Shown here in pieces: positions 36,584 to 48,200 of a stretch of DNA of 64,000 nt (positions are counted from its first letter, which is position 1; each line of letters starts with the position of its first letter). The DNA lies in NCBI GenBank assembly GCA_002269645.1, contig NIVC01001542.1, positions 1 through 64,000 of the forward strand, in the 5' to 3' direction. Made by a program: the position numbers and the translations under genes. Origin of the DNA: Macrostomum lignano. Lineage: Eukaryota. The notes beneath the pieces are model-generated. The model saw only the letters and a list, made by a program, of their open reading frames with translations, had not been told where the DNA came from and did not search any database.

Positions 36584-38699
36584 TTTATAGAACTGGAAAT
36601 TGCGATGTAGCTCTAGTTACTTGTAGCGTCTCCGCTACGAGTGATTAGTGTTTTAGTTTGTTAAATTTTGCAATCGTTTCGTCAGTTAAGTCTTTTCGTT
36701 AGTATTTTGTCGGTGCAAAAACAATTTAATTAGCTGCTGTCAAATGGGTTTTAGATTGTTTTATGTCCAACTATTCAATGTACGTTTGCCTGTCCACACG
36801 TACTGAATGCTGTACTTGCCTTGTACAGCCACTGGACAGCCTTGTGCAGTGATACAAGGCAAGTTTCCTTTTCTCCTTACCTGCACTTGCTTATCACAAT
36901 TCCACTTTTATCATAGATAGAAGACCTTAGGGCAAGGCAAGTCCACGGTATTTCCACGGCAGTTCCAAAGACAGGAAAACGCAGCAGCCATGTTAATAAT
37001 ATTTACGAGCTACTCGTGTTTGGTGTTTAGTTAAAAATTAGCCTCCCGCGTCTATTTTTGCGTTCCAAATACAGCATTCACGTTTTTTTATGAATTGCTA
37101 TTTAAATCAGCCGCATAGAGAGAAGTAAAGAGGAAATTCTGAGCATCGAAGGGAGATCTGAAGGGAATCCCTCTGAAGGGAACACTCAATACTAGGGACG
37201 TGAGACAACAAAGGTTGGAGACCTCATTTTAGTGTATTTCCTTAAATTCAGTGACTTTTTGCTTGTGGTAAAGCCTAGCTAATTACCGGTAATGTTTTTC
37301 GAAGACTAAGGCAGTTGGACTCGGCGCACTCAGAGCTGAAGAGAGTGTCCGGACCGCGGCTCTGAACGATCGGGCCAAGCTTCAGTGCCTCTTCATCATC
37401 CAGCGACTTCAACTGGCGGGCGGGCCACGTGATCTGGGCCGGAGGCTACTGCTCCCAACCTTTTCAGGACGTCCTGCTGCTCAACTTGCAGGGCCCCTTC
37501 AGGTGGGGTCAGGCCTGAACCCGTCATAGGTGGACTGTCTGCTGTGCAACGCTGGGGCGCCCGACATTGCTAATGGGGCGGATTCTGTTCGCTCTCAGGC
37601 TCTGCGGGGTGCCATCTGACGCGCCCTGCTCTAACTGACCTGAATGCGGGGCTGCGTACTTTGTTGTTGTTGTTGTTGAGGACTAAGTTGAGGACTAAGT
37701 TCAAAACATCAGTTTCCATATTTTGTATTGTGTAGTCCCTGGGTCCCTTTTCTAGGTAGCAAATACTCGCTATATCGCTAGAAATATTGCATTTGTTTGG
37801 GCAAGGAGGGGCAGGAGGGGCAGGAGGGGTGCTTTCACAAGCTCGAAATTTCACGTCGAAAACCTAAATTAACAAGAACCATGAATTAGTTTTCGGAGTT
37901 GTGAAATTTTGACCTTGTGAAGGGGGTTGCTATTCGAGTTATCGGCATCGTGAAATTTTGAGTTTTTGAACCCCCCCCTCGCGTAGGAGAGCAGGGCGCA
38001 GGAAGGGGGTGTGTGCTTTGAGACACTTTACTGGAGCCTACGGAGCAGGCCCAGTGTAAAGCAGACATTAGCCCGCAACCTCACCAGCATAGACAGAAAG
38101 GCAAAGGCGACGGGGTGGCAGCGAGCAAAAAACAGCGTCGAGGAGGGCAAGGCGACCCCAACGCCGAAAGAAGAAAAAATGAGTGAAGAAGAGAAACCAA
38201 AGAGTAACTAAGTCAAAGAGGGTTTGAAAACCCATGGCACGCGGCGGAGGGGCCCTCCAGATCTTAGCTTTTTGGTTTCCAAAACAATATCAGTGTCTAG
38301 TATATTGAGGATATCTGCTTGGATGTACTCTCTGTCATAGTTGTCAGGATCAGCCCTATCCCGATGGTAAGCAAGACCCCTGATCCTGTTGATGGCATTT
38401 GAGCAGAATATTTCATGAGACGATCATATAGTCTCTGATTTCATCAAAAAAATTTCTATTTGGGTGGGGCTGCAGTTTTGATACCATCTCTAAAACATTT
38501 CTCGTTAGCATCTTTGCTTCTAGTAAATAATGCAATAAATGGAGTTGTTTTGGCTAGCTTTTGAAATAATTCTAACAGCTCCGTCAAACTGCAGATGCCT
38601 GACAGTTTTACTAAGGTAGTCAACGCGACCTTCTGCCTCCACGGCCACAAGAACGTTTTTTACGATGAATGACATTATATTTGGGGATTTGTGACGCTT

Positions 38700-39260
38700 T
38701 CTCAGCCAATCATTTTCTTGGTAGACCGGCCGCGTGACTGGGTATCCATGACTCAGCTGCAGGGGGCTCCGTGCATCCGGATGCAGCGAGGGGCGTTGCT
38801 GCCCATTTCGCTAACCCCTGGCGACCACGGGCAACTGGTGCTGCGGTGTCGTGCAGGGAGATCCGGTGGTGCCAGTGTCCGCAGCGCGGTCCCCCTCCGG
38901 AGAGTCCAGGAGGTGGATGGTCTCTCGCCCCGTAGCCCTTACATGTAGGTAGCGTAATAAGAGATGGCAGAGATTCTCGGGCTTGAAAACGTCGGAGAGG
39001 TCCGGGTTTGGGCCGAGGTAGGTGAGCCTGTCCTGAGTAAAGGCAGGGCATTTGCAGATGGAGCGCTCCGCATTCTCGACACCAGAGAGGCAGAAGGGGC
39101 ATTCCTCACTACGGATTTTTCTATGGAGGTGACGATGCCTGTAGCAAACAGCCATGACCCGAGAGGGCCATGGTCACCGCCCTGATGTCCCTGCCAGGCC
39201 CTGTGCAGGGCGGAGGGACTGGGTATCCATTGATTTCTTTGACTTGTTGTGAAGCCGTAA
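38700..39260 (-). mobile_element. 5'-truncated, frameshifted non-LTR retrotransposon 3' end (I/R1/LOA-like ORF2 C-terminus)
   Basis: [13 protein letters not shown] followed, after a frameshift, by [32 protein letters not shown]...R..YLG: the degenerate GH..HL..CxxC..ET.xH...CP motif recalled for these clades. Confidence 0.7.
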
Positions 39261-41936
39261 GTACTGTAGCTATTACTGTATTCATATTCTGCAAATTATA
39301 GGTGAAAACACACACTTTCGGGGTTATAGTAGATTGACAGATTATATTCCAATATCATCAAAAAAGTTTTTGGGAACAGTTGAAATGTGATAAGATTATT
39401 GGCCTCCAGCTTAATTTCAGAGACAACTGATATAGTATTACAACTGATTAAATATTTTTTGATTAAATTTCCAATTAATCTTAGTGCACTTTAGATTAGG
39501 TTGCATGGATGGATAGTGCACTTCAGTAGATTGCTTGGCCAGCTGTTAACCGGACTGTTGTACGTGTTGCCAGTTTATTGCTTTCTAGTTGTTTATGATT
39601 TAGTTTGGCTTCAGGATTAACGAGGACCTGCTGATTAGTTGCAGGACTAGTTGTAACGATTGCGAACTAACCTGTTTAACAGCTGAATCGCTGTTTGTTT
39701 TACTTTGTCTGGGCATATTGTTTGAAACGAAATCTTTTGGCTTGATTATTTCTTTGGTGTGACGTTGTCAGTTTAAGTAGCCCCGTCAAGGGCCGTTTTA
39801 GCGTACGGTACCAATCTATAATATTGTCGGTTTCGTACTCTCCTACTTTTTTTTCCAGCCGGCCAATAGAAAAGCCGCGCATTAATTATGTTAAGTTTTC
39901 CTCGCGCGCCCACCCCCAGTCCGCTCCTTATCAGTCCTGTCTGGCTGGGGCGCTCGGGTTAACCTGGTTTTGCGTCCCCGCCTGTAGACCCTTGCCGCCC
40001 CGGCACTACTGTTTGTCTACCTTTTCTCTCTCTCTCTGCCTCGCTCCACCACGGTTTTAAACCACGCCTCTGCCAAGCCTCAGCCACGCCACTTCTACTG
40101 TCTGTTCGAGCTCTCACTACGACCACCGCCACCGTACGTTCACCGCCATCACTTCGTCACCATTGCCTCAGACTCATCGACCCACTCTGCCTTTTACCAT
40201 CTAACTTATTGTTGTGTAGCCGCCAGTGCATCTTCTACGAATTCAACTAGTACTTTGATCTATCTCTGTTGACCGCCCAGACGAAATTTATAATAGCAAG
40301 CCTAGCTGTCCTCTCGTACGTTACAATAAACAAAGTCTACGGCCGTCGCCCGCATCAGTCGTCATTATTGCCAAGTGCTACCGCTACAAAATTGCGTCTG
40401 CCGTATTGTCTTCGTTAATTATTTTCGAGGCCGCCACATTAATCGTCACAATGGTTTCTCTTTTCCTGTTCTGCCATGCGTTTGATGGGTTCGTCATGGT
40501 CAAGATCACAGGTTACATTTCTGTGAAAACCTGACACGAGTATTTTGTTTGCGTATCAGATTTATCAGATGTATAAATATATCAGACTTGGTTGGAAAAT
40601 TAATAATCTTCGCAACAGATATTGAGGAACCAAAAGTCAAAATTGTGAGTTGAACTCGTGGGGATTAACCAGAATAATTATTTGGCATCACACAACTATT
40701 TATTTGATATTTGGATGCACGGCAAATCGTAGTTTTGTTTTTTTGTAGATTTTTTATAAGCGCTATAAAGATCAGCCTACAGAACAGACTACAGTTAGTC
40801 GTAGAGAGAAAGCGTTAGTAACACTTGTATATAAAAAATAAATTTTGCAGGTTAGTGTTCAAGGACTACTCAAGAAGAGGAGTAATTAAAATACTTAAGT
40901 AGTCCTTGTTGGCATATCGACGCGCTAGTGCTCGTAGTCCTAATCAATAACTAAACTTTTTAACTAAAATACAAATAAAAATTAAGGTTGGTTGATCTTA
41001 TGTATGAAAAATACAAGCACAGAAAATCCATAAACAACAGTACGTATTAGACTCAGCAAATCATTTTAAAACAATGCGCCAAGATGCTAGAATAATAATA
41101 AAAAACTATTTCTCAAACCACTAACATTTTTTACCAAAACTGTCCCGCATGCTACTTCTAAATTAAAAAAGAAAAAAGACATTGAATAAATAAGTGGCTA
41201 TAGCAGGCGAGCGGTAAAATAGTCATGAGCTATCTGGAATAAACAATTGTTTGCGGTAGCTATAGAGCATGTCAAAGATTCGCTACTGAAATAACTACTC
41301 ATCCGAATAAAGCATTGGGATTAAATGTGGTTTAAGAGAGTAATAAAAAGTAGGCGTGTAGCAAAGGTATAACAAAAATTGTATACATGTCTTGAATATC
41401 ATTTTAACATAATTTTTATTATAATAAAGTCTGGCATCTGATAAACAAGTGAAGATTATTAGAACGCAGGGCAACAGAGAGCAAAATAAATTTCTAAATT
41501 TTGGTTAAAAAGTTCTGTAGAGATTAGCCCCAGGGTCCAGCTCTGTGATTTAAGAAAATTATAGACTTTATCATTAAGTGAGTATTATGGGTGCTATTAG
41601 CTAATGAACTGAGTCCATATTCTACATGCTAGTTTTGCAAAGAAAGTTTTATAGTGACACGTAGCGTAAATCAACAGAGTTTTCAATTTAGAATTTTATT
41701 TTCATATCAGATGCCATGTGCGTCGTAGATAGCTGGCCGTGTAACTCAATAAATTGCTATAGCTACCAAAACTTTTTTAGCACCGACCCTTGAAACTTCA
41801 AGCTAGACAGAATTTCCAAAACTATTGAAATACGACGTACATGTTGCGATACTAAAGACAGAACACCACACAAGCGTCGCAATGTACATGTAAGGGGTAA
41901 AATTCAAACTTGAAGTTACATGTAAACAATTTTCTG

Positions 41937-43087
41937 TTAAAACTCACGAATGTTTTCACACACCCCAGGATAAAAAGAAAGCATTTCATTATTGCTGGCA
42001 TGGGACTGTGGCTCTTCGTCCGGACTGGGCCGGGGTGTATCTCTACCATTGCTCTCGCTATCGATATTCGACTCATTGCCACCATCTTCTCCTTCCTCTT
42101 GATCATCTTCGTCTTCATGATCTGCTGACTCTTGTTCACTGGGGGTGCCAGCCATCGATGCCACCTCGATTGGCATCAAGTCGGTGGCTTCAGTTTGGCT
42201 GTGAATCACAAATTATTTGGGGGCATGATCATGATTTACCAATTAGGTCTAAAAAATAGGTACACTAGCTGTCCTTTGTAGCATACAATTTATTTCATCA
42301 TTAGAAATTGATTCATTATGCTTTTTACGAGCTAACTTAATACATGTAGATGCCGACTGTAAAAGTAGGTAATATACTCGTACATGTAGTTAACTACAGC
42401 AACAAAAATAGACTTACAACATCGAATATCCAAATGGATTATTGGAGTCCACTTGGGGGTCGTATGGCCGATTTTCTTGTTGATCTGAATAAGCACTAAG
42501 CTGCATGTCAATGTCAACGCCCACCTGGTTTGGACTGAAGTGACAAGTAAGGTAAAAAGTTAATGTGCAAAAAATCAGATCTTTTTTCTTTATCTAATCG
42601 TACAATGAATCGATTCTTACCGACTTCGCTCGTCCTGAGAATTTTGCAGCTGAACTCCCAACAGTCGCTCGACCTCTTGACGCACCTCGTCACTCGCCCA
42701 GACGGCCAGCTCTCCCAGCCGGTCTCTGCTGCTGCCTTCGCCGATTCCCGCCTTCTCAGCCAACAGCTTGACGCAGTCCAGGTTGTCGCGGTGCACCGCG
42801 ACCATCTGAGGAGTCGCACCGCTGCTGTCCTCAGCATCGAGTCGAGCTCCGTGTTGCGAGAGAGCATCGAGGATGTCGGACCGACCGGCCATGGCTGCCA
42901 GGTGAGCTGCGGTTGATCCTTGCTGGTTGGGCTTGCTTGGGTCACACATACTGCTGGTCAGCAGGAAGTCCGCGATGTCCTTGAAGCCCTGACGGCAGGC
43001 GTACAAAAGTGTGAGCACTTTGCTGCTGATAGATCGAGCTGCGGGCCGGTGGCGTTGTGGGCCAGTTGAGGTCATAGGCACCAGCAT
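41937..43087 (-). pseudogene. Truncated/chimeric ankyrin copy 2: last ~3 repeats plus intact tail exons (42621-~43004, 42418-42534, 41937-42198) fused to unrelated 5' sequence
   Basis: YACRQGFKDIADFLL...QEVERLLGVQL nearly identical to copies 1 and 3; exon RPNQVGVDIDMQL matches RPNEVGVDIDMEL; both introns phase 2; homology stops abruptly at ~43004. Confidence 0.75.
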
Positions 43088-43440
43088 CCTCGAGGCCGAG
43101 GGCAGGGGCAGCAGTGGATGGTTGTGCTGATGATGATGCTGCTGGTACGTATGCCATTGTGGTGATCCGTCGGTAGCGTGGTGGGGCCTGCAGCGCAGAA
43201 AAGTGCACCGATGCTTCGTCCGACGTGTCCGCCTGTGCTGCTGGGACAAGGCGTTGCCGAGGTGAGCCGCATCGACGTCGCAGCGTCGGGTGGGGCGTTG
43301 CAAGCAAACTTTGGCAGGCGAGAGCCCCTTACCCGGATTGCACTGCTCACCTACTGCATAACCGCAGTGACCAGGAATCAGTCATGGTCACTTTGATGCG
43401 GCTCCAGTCAGAAGCGCTGAGCCGGATGCAGGGATCGAGG

Positions 43441-43545
43441 TGGCCGATGGCTTTGGCTGGACTCGGAAAACCTGGTGGCCGATGGCTTTGGCTGGACTCG
43501 GAAAACCTGGTGGCCGATGGCTTTGGCTGGACTCGGAAAACCTGG
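43441..43545. repeat. 35-bp tandem triplication
   Basis: tggccgatggctttggctggactcggaaaacctgg x3. Confidence 0.9.
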
Positions 43546-43812
43546 CGGCCGAAACTGTGACGAGGCAGCGGGCGAAAAGCTTGAAATACTCAGCTACGGC
43601 TGAGTATAGTCGGGCTCACCACTGAAGCGGTTCGCGTGCGGCGAGATGAAGACCGCTTGTCTTTTAATAAAGTGCTGCGGCTGGGCCTTTTACGGGTTTA
43701 TTTGGGCCATAGACAGTTTGAGCAGTAGTGGCTGGCTCTGTCAAAAGTACATGTGTCCGCTACAACGTATTAATACCGCAAAGTTTATCAATGAGTTTCA
43801 ATTTACCCGATG

Positions 43813-44368
43813 AAAACGGTACCCAGGCCAAGAAGCGTTCCAGAGTCACTTGCGTCGCTCCGGAGTCGTTTCAGAGTTTTGCAGGTAACACAGGTAAAGT
43901 AGGAAAGAAGTAACTCTAGACGATTCTAAAACAACGAGATGTCACGGTAAAAGTTGCCAAAGAGTCGTCAAAAAGTCGCCTAAGAGTCACTCTGGAGCGT
44001 TTCATTGTCTGCGACTCAGAAACGACTCTGGTGCGACGGTATAACGACTCCGGGGCTTGCTAGAGTCGCAGTAAATGCGCAGAGTTGTATTTGAAGCGCA
44101 TTTACGTCGTTTGATGAAATACTCGTAAAGTCACATTTCTAGCGAAAGTTGAGGGCCAACACAACGATTCTTGGACGACTCTTTCGGGACTCTTGCGCTT
44201 CTATAACTCACTTGACGCACTTGCAACGCAACAGTGGCCTTTCCGGCGCATTAGACGCATTTAAGTCGTGAAAAAGTCACAAGAGTCGCTCGAGTCATTA
44301 GATAGTTGTTTGCAATGACTTTTCAGAGCGATTCCTGTCAAACACAATATCGTTGTTAACGGGTTATT
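43813..44368. mobile_element. GAGTC/GACTC-rich non-autonomous DNA element
   Basis: Imperfect TIRs tacccgatgaaaacg / cgttgttaacgggtta; many gagtc/gactc motifs; partial copy at 21810-21985. Confidence 0.6.
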
Positions 44369-44561
44369 CAGAAGTAATAATTTTTTGATTATACAACAAA
44401 ATTCCGCAAATTGGATGGATTTGCGTCAGTAATTACAATTAAGATGAATTTTTTCTGCGCTTTTCGTGAATTCAACAAGTTTATTATTAGGAAGCCTAAT
44501 AATAGTAGCTTAGTAGCTTAGTAACTTTCTATTGCATCGTCATCGCTGGAAAAGAAGCGAC

Positions 44562-44661
44562 CACGGACTACTTAACTGTCGTTTATACTAAGTAATCCGT
44601 GGACTGGACTACTTTACTTGGTACGGACTGCTGCTAATCCGTAGCACTTAAATAGTCCGTG
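44562..44661. repeat. ~100-bp mini inverted-repeat element
   Basis: ccacggacta ... tagtccgtgg termini, with internal atccgtggac and acggact motifs. Confidence 0.5.
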
Positions 44662-45289
44662 GAAGTAACAAAATGGTTCATAAAAATAACTCTGTCTCTG
44701 ACTCTGTCAGCCTAAAATAATGTATAATATTTGAGTGGCTAATCTTAAAAGATTGACCTGACCGCCTTAAGAGCGGTTTGTTTTGTATGCAGGCAGCGCT
44801 TCTGCCAAACTAGAATTGCTTGATAGTTTAAAATCGAATTAGCTTGAAGTAGAATTTGAAGAATAGTAGAATAACTGGTACAGGTAATCGAATGTGAGAC
44901 CACTTTAGAGGGGGATTCACAAATGTGTGAAGGAATTCAACGCAAGAGTCAGACGCTTAATCGCTCATTGGCTCTGTGTGCAGGTCCCCTAACGAGGGCA
45001 ACAACAGCAGTATTTTAAGGTCTTTCTCCACTTTTAGTATTCGTATCGAATCCAATGGCTAAACTACATTTGAGCTGTAATGACCCGAATGAGTTCTCCA
45101 GTTTATTAATTAATTTTTTCAGAACGAAGGTAGGAAAACTATAACTTAGAACTTTAAGTTCCTGAGGTCACTAACCGGGCAATGAGCTAGTAAGTTTTCG
45201 GGTTGAAAGAAAAGTTCAGTTGAACGTTAGATTATGTATCATTCATGGATGTGGATATGCATTCAGTATTGTTCACCCAAGCTTCAGCT

Positions 45290-48200
45290 TCAGTCAATGC
45301 TCATCAGAAGCAGAGCAGGAGCAGTCAATGGTACTGCAGCTGGTCCACTTTCACTGATTGAGTCGGCATCGTCTCCATTTTCGGCGCGCTCGTTTCGGCC
45401 TCCGGCCTCGTTAGTCCTTCCAGATTGCACAGACTGGGCTGGTTCAATCGGTATTTCGTCCAGCACTGTGTATTGACTGCATTGGTCGAAGTGTAACAAA
45501 CGATGTATTTTATTTTTGCTAATCGACTGGGTTGTCACTATTACGAATAGAAGCATTTAAATGTAAGCAATAGGAACTGCATATCTGGATCTTAAATGCC
45601 TTTTCTTAAGTATTCGCAAGATCGTCATTGCCTGCTCATATTTGAAAATATCTCTTCTACTGGTTTGTCGAGAATAGACGATGACTGGTCAAAGAGCTGA
45701 TAAAACCCAGCACCTTAGATCTACTGCATTCCGTAATAAATATTATAATGTTCACCGACCTCAGTGAGAACTAAGGCCACACTTGTATACTGCATTTGTT
45801 GCATTTGTTTTAAATCGGTCTTTAAGAAAACCGAAGTCAGTTGAATGCATTTTGCCTTGAATGCCTTGAAACAGATCGGGAAAAACTAAAGCCGAACCTA
45901 CCGTAAATGAGATCGGTTCTTGATGGCTGTGAGGCTAGCCTTACTCAGGAAAAATCAAAGAAGCAACAGTTAAAACCACATGTTCATGTATACGATAGCT
46001 ATGAGTACTCTCGTAGCTATCCCTAACCCCCAATAAAATCAATCAATAAAACTTGAGCGCCTACGTTCGGGGAAATTCCGCTTCGCTCGTCATCCGGTTG
46101 CACTCGGACGATTCGGATTCTGGCGGCCCTGAAGGCCCTGGCGGACCTAGCGACCCTTGCGGATGAGAGACGTCAACTCGTCGAGGTTCTGGTGTGTCAT
46201 GTTCCATTTTGACGTCTCTAACGGCCAGTTCGGGTCTGAATAGTTTAAAAAATTCCATTGAAAAAATTGACACGGAAAAACTAATAATAGTACATACAGA
46301 TATATTTATAATACAGCTGTGTACTCGAAAACAAAACTCCCCACCTCTCTCCTGTGGCAGCTGGCAGCTGAACTTCCAGCAGTCGCTCGACCTCCTGATG
46401 CACCTCGGCGCTCGCCCAGACGGCCAGCTCTCCCAGACGGTCTCTGCTGCTGCCTTCGCCGATACCCTCCTTCTCAGCCAGCAGCTTGACGCAGTCCAGG
46501 TTGTCGCGGTGCACTGCGATCATCAGAGGAGTCGCACCGCTGCTGTCCTCAGCATCGAGTCGAGCTCCGTGTTGCGAGAGAGCATCGAGGATGTCAGATC
46601 GAGCGGCCATGGCTGCCAGGTGAGCTGCGGTTGATCCTTGCGTGTTGGGCTTGCTTGGGTCGCACTGACTGCTGGTCAGCAGGAAGTCCGCGATGTCCTT
46701 GAAACCCTGACGGCAGGCGTACATCAGGCCCGTGTTTCCTTGAACATCTTCTTCATCAAGCGGTAGATTTTGCTCATTGGCAAATCTCAGTATTTTCAAG
46801 TGTCCGGTTCCGTTCAAGCCAATGCAAGCAACGTGTACAATGCTTCTCTGTCTTTGGTTTTTATGCGTTGAATCGCAACCAAATTCGATGAGCATCTTCA
46901 TCGCATCCAGATGGCCGTTTAAGGCACAGTCAAACAGTGGTGTGTCGCCCTCCGCGTCAGGAATGTCGAGCTGAGCACCTTGCTCTTTCAAATACACCAA
47001 AATATGCTTGAGATCTCTGGCTGCCGCTTGTTGTGCCGGTGTGTTTCCGTGATTGTTGGCAGCATTCAAACTATTTAAGTTTGTGAATCGTTTAACTAAA
47101 TGGAAGTTTCCAGAACTGACAGCGGCTCTGAGAGATGTCTCACCTGTAGCAGGATCGATTGCAGATAGTTCAACGCCTCGCTTCTCCACCCAGTCCACCA
47201 TGTGCTGGTTTCCTAGCTCCAGTGCCTGGTGCACGATGCACTCCGGAAGGGAGGGTTCAAGCTCGTACAGTAGATTCGCAATATTCTCGTGCCCGTTTAG
47301 TACTGCACATTGAATCGGAGTAAATCCCGAGGTGTTTTTTTGGACTAGAATTTCTACTGCATTTCTATTTGCATCCCTGATGTGCTGCAGGACGTGCAGG
47401 TTGCCATGAATGGCTGCAAAGTGAGCACAGTTCATGCCGTCTTTACTTTTGGTAGCTTCAGAGAACCCCTTCTGCTCAAGAAACTTGAACACCTCTAGGT
47501 TTCCCTTGATCGCAGCCAGGTGTAGAGGTGAGCGGGTCTCTGGTTCGGCAGTGTCTGGTTGACAGGAGCTTGGACAGTTGTCGCAGACCCACTTCACCAG
47601 CGCCAGCTTGTTTTCGATTGTAGCGACGTGCAAAACGGAATGTTGCTTGTTGTTTCTGAGGTCCGTGCGGCATCCGAGCTGGAGCAGCACTCTCGCCATG
47701 TCCAGCCTGCCTCTCATGATGGCCAAATGAAGCGCTGTTTGTCCGTCGGCATTTACAAGGTCTAAGAGCTCTTTTGCTAAGTCATGGTTGCATTTGATGA
47801 ACTCTTGAAGCAAGTTTACGTCACCAAGCAAAATTAGATGATGCAATAGAGTCAGGTCTTTTTGCATTTTCTTGCCGTCGAAGCCAAATGTCATCAGATA
47901 CTTGAAGTGATCCAGGTTTCCTGCCTTGAATATTGCCTTGAAAGTAACATTCTTAAGAGCCACGTCTTTGTCGAACTGACCGTTCTGCTCTTGAAGAATA
48001 TGAGTGATAACGGTTTCGTTCAGAGCCAACGCCACAGACATAGGCGTGTCTCCTGTCACACTATAGACGTTTGGATTTGCACCTTTTCGTAACAGAAATT
48101 GCACAGCGCCGATCTTCCCATGTCTGATTGCGGTGAAGATCGGGGTCTCTCCATTGCTGTCTGTGAGGTTTAGAGCTGCACCGTTTTTGAAAAGCAGATT

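Noticed and set aside
37548-37575. Possible LTR primer-binding site (tggggcgcccgac)
   Set aside because: Weak match to a tRNA-Lys PBS, with no paired LTRs or gag/pol ORF seen.
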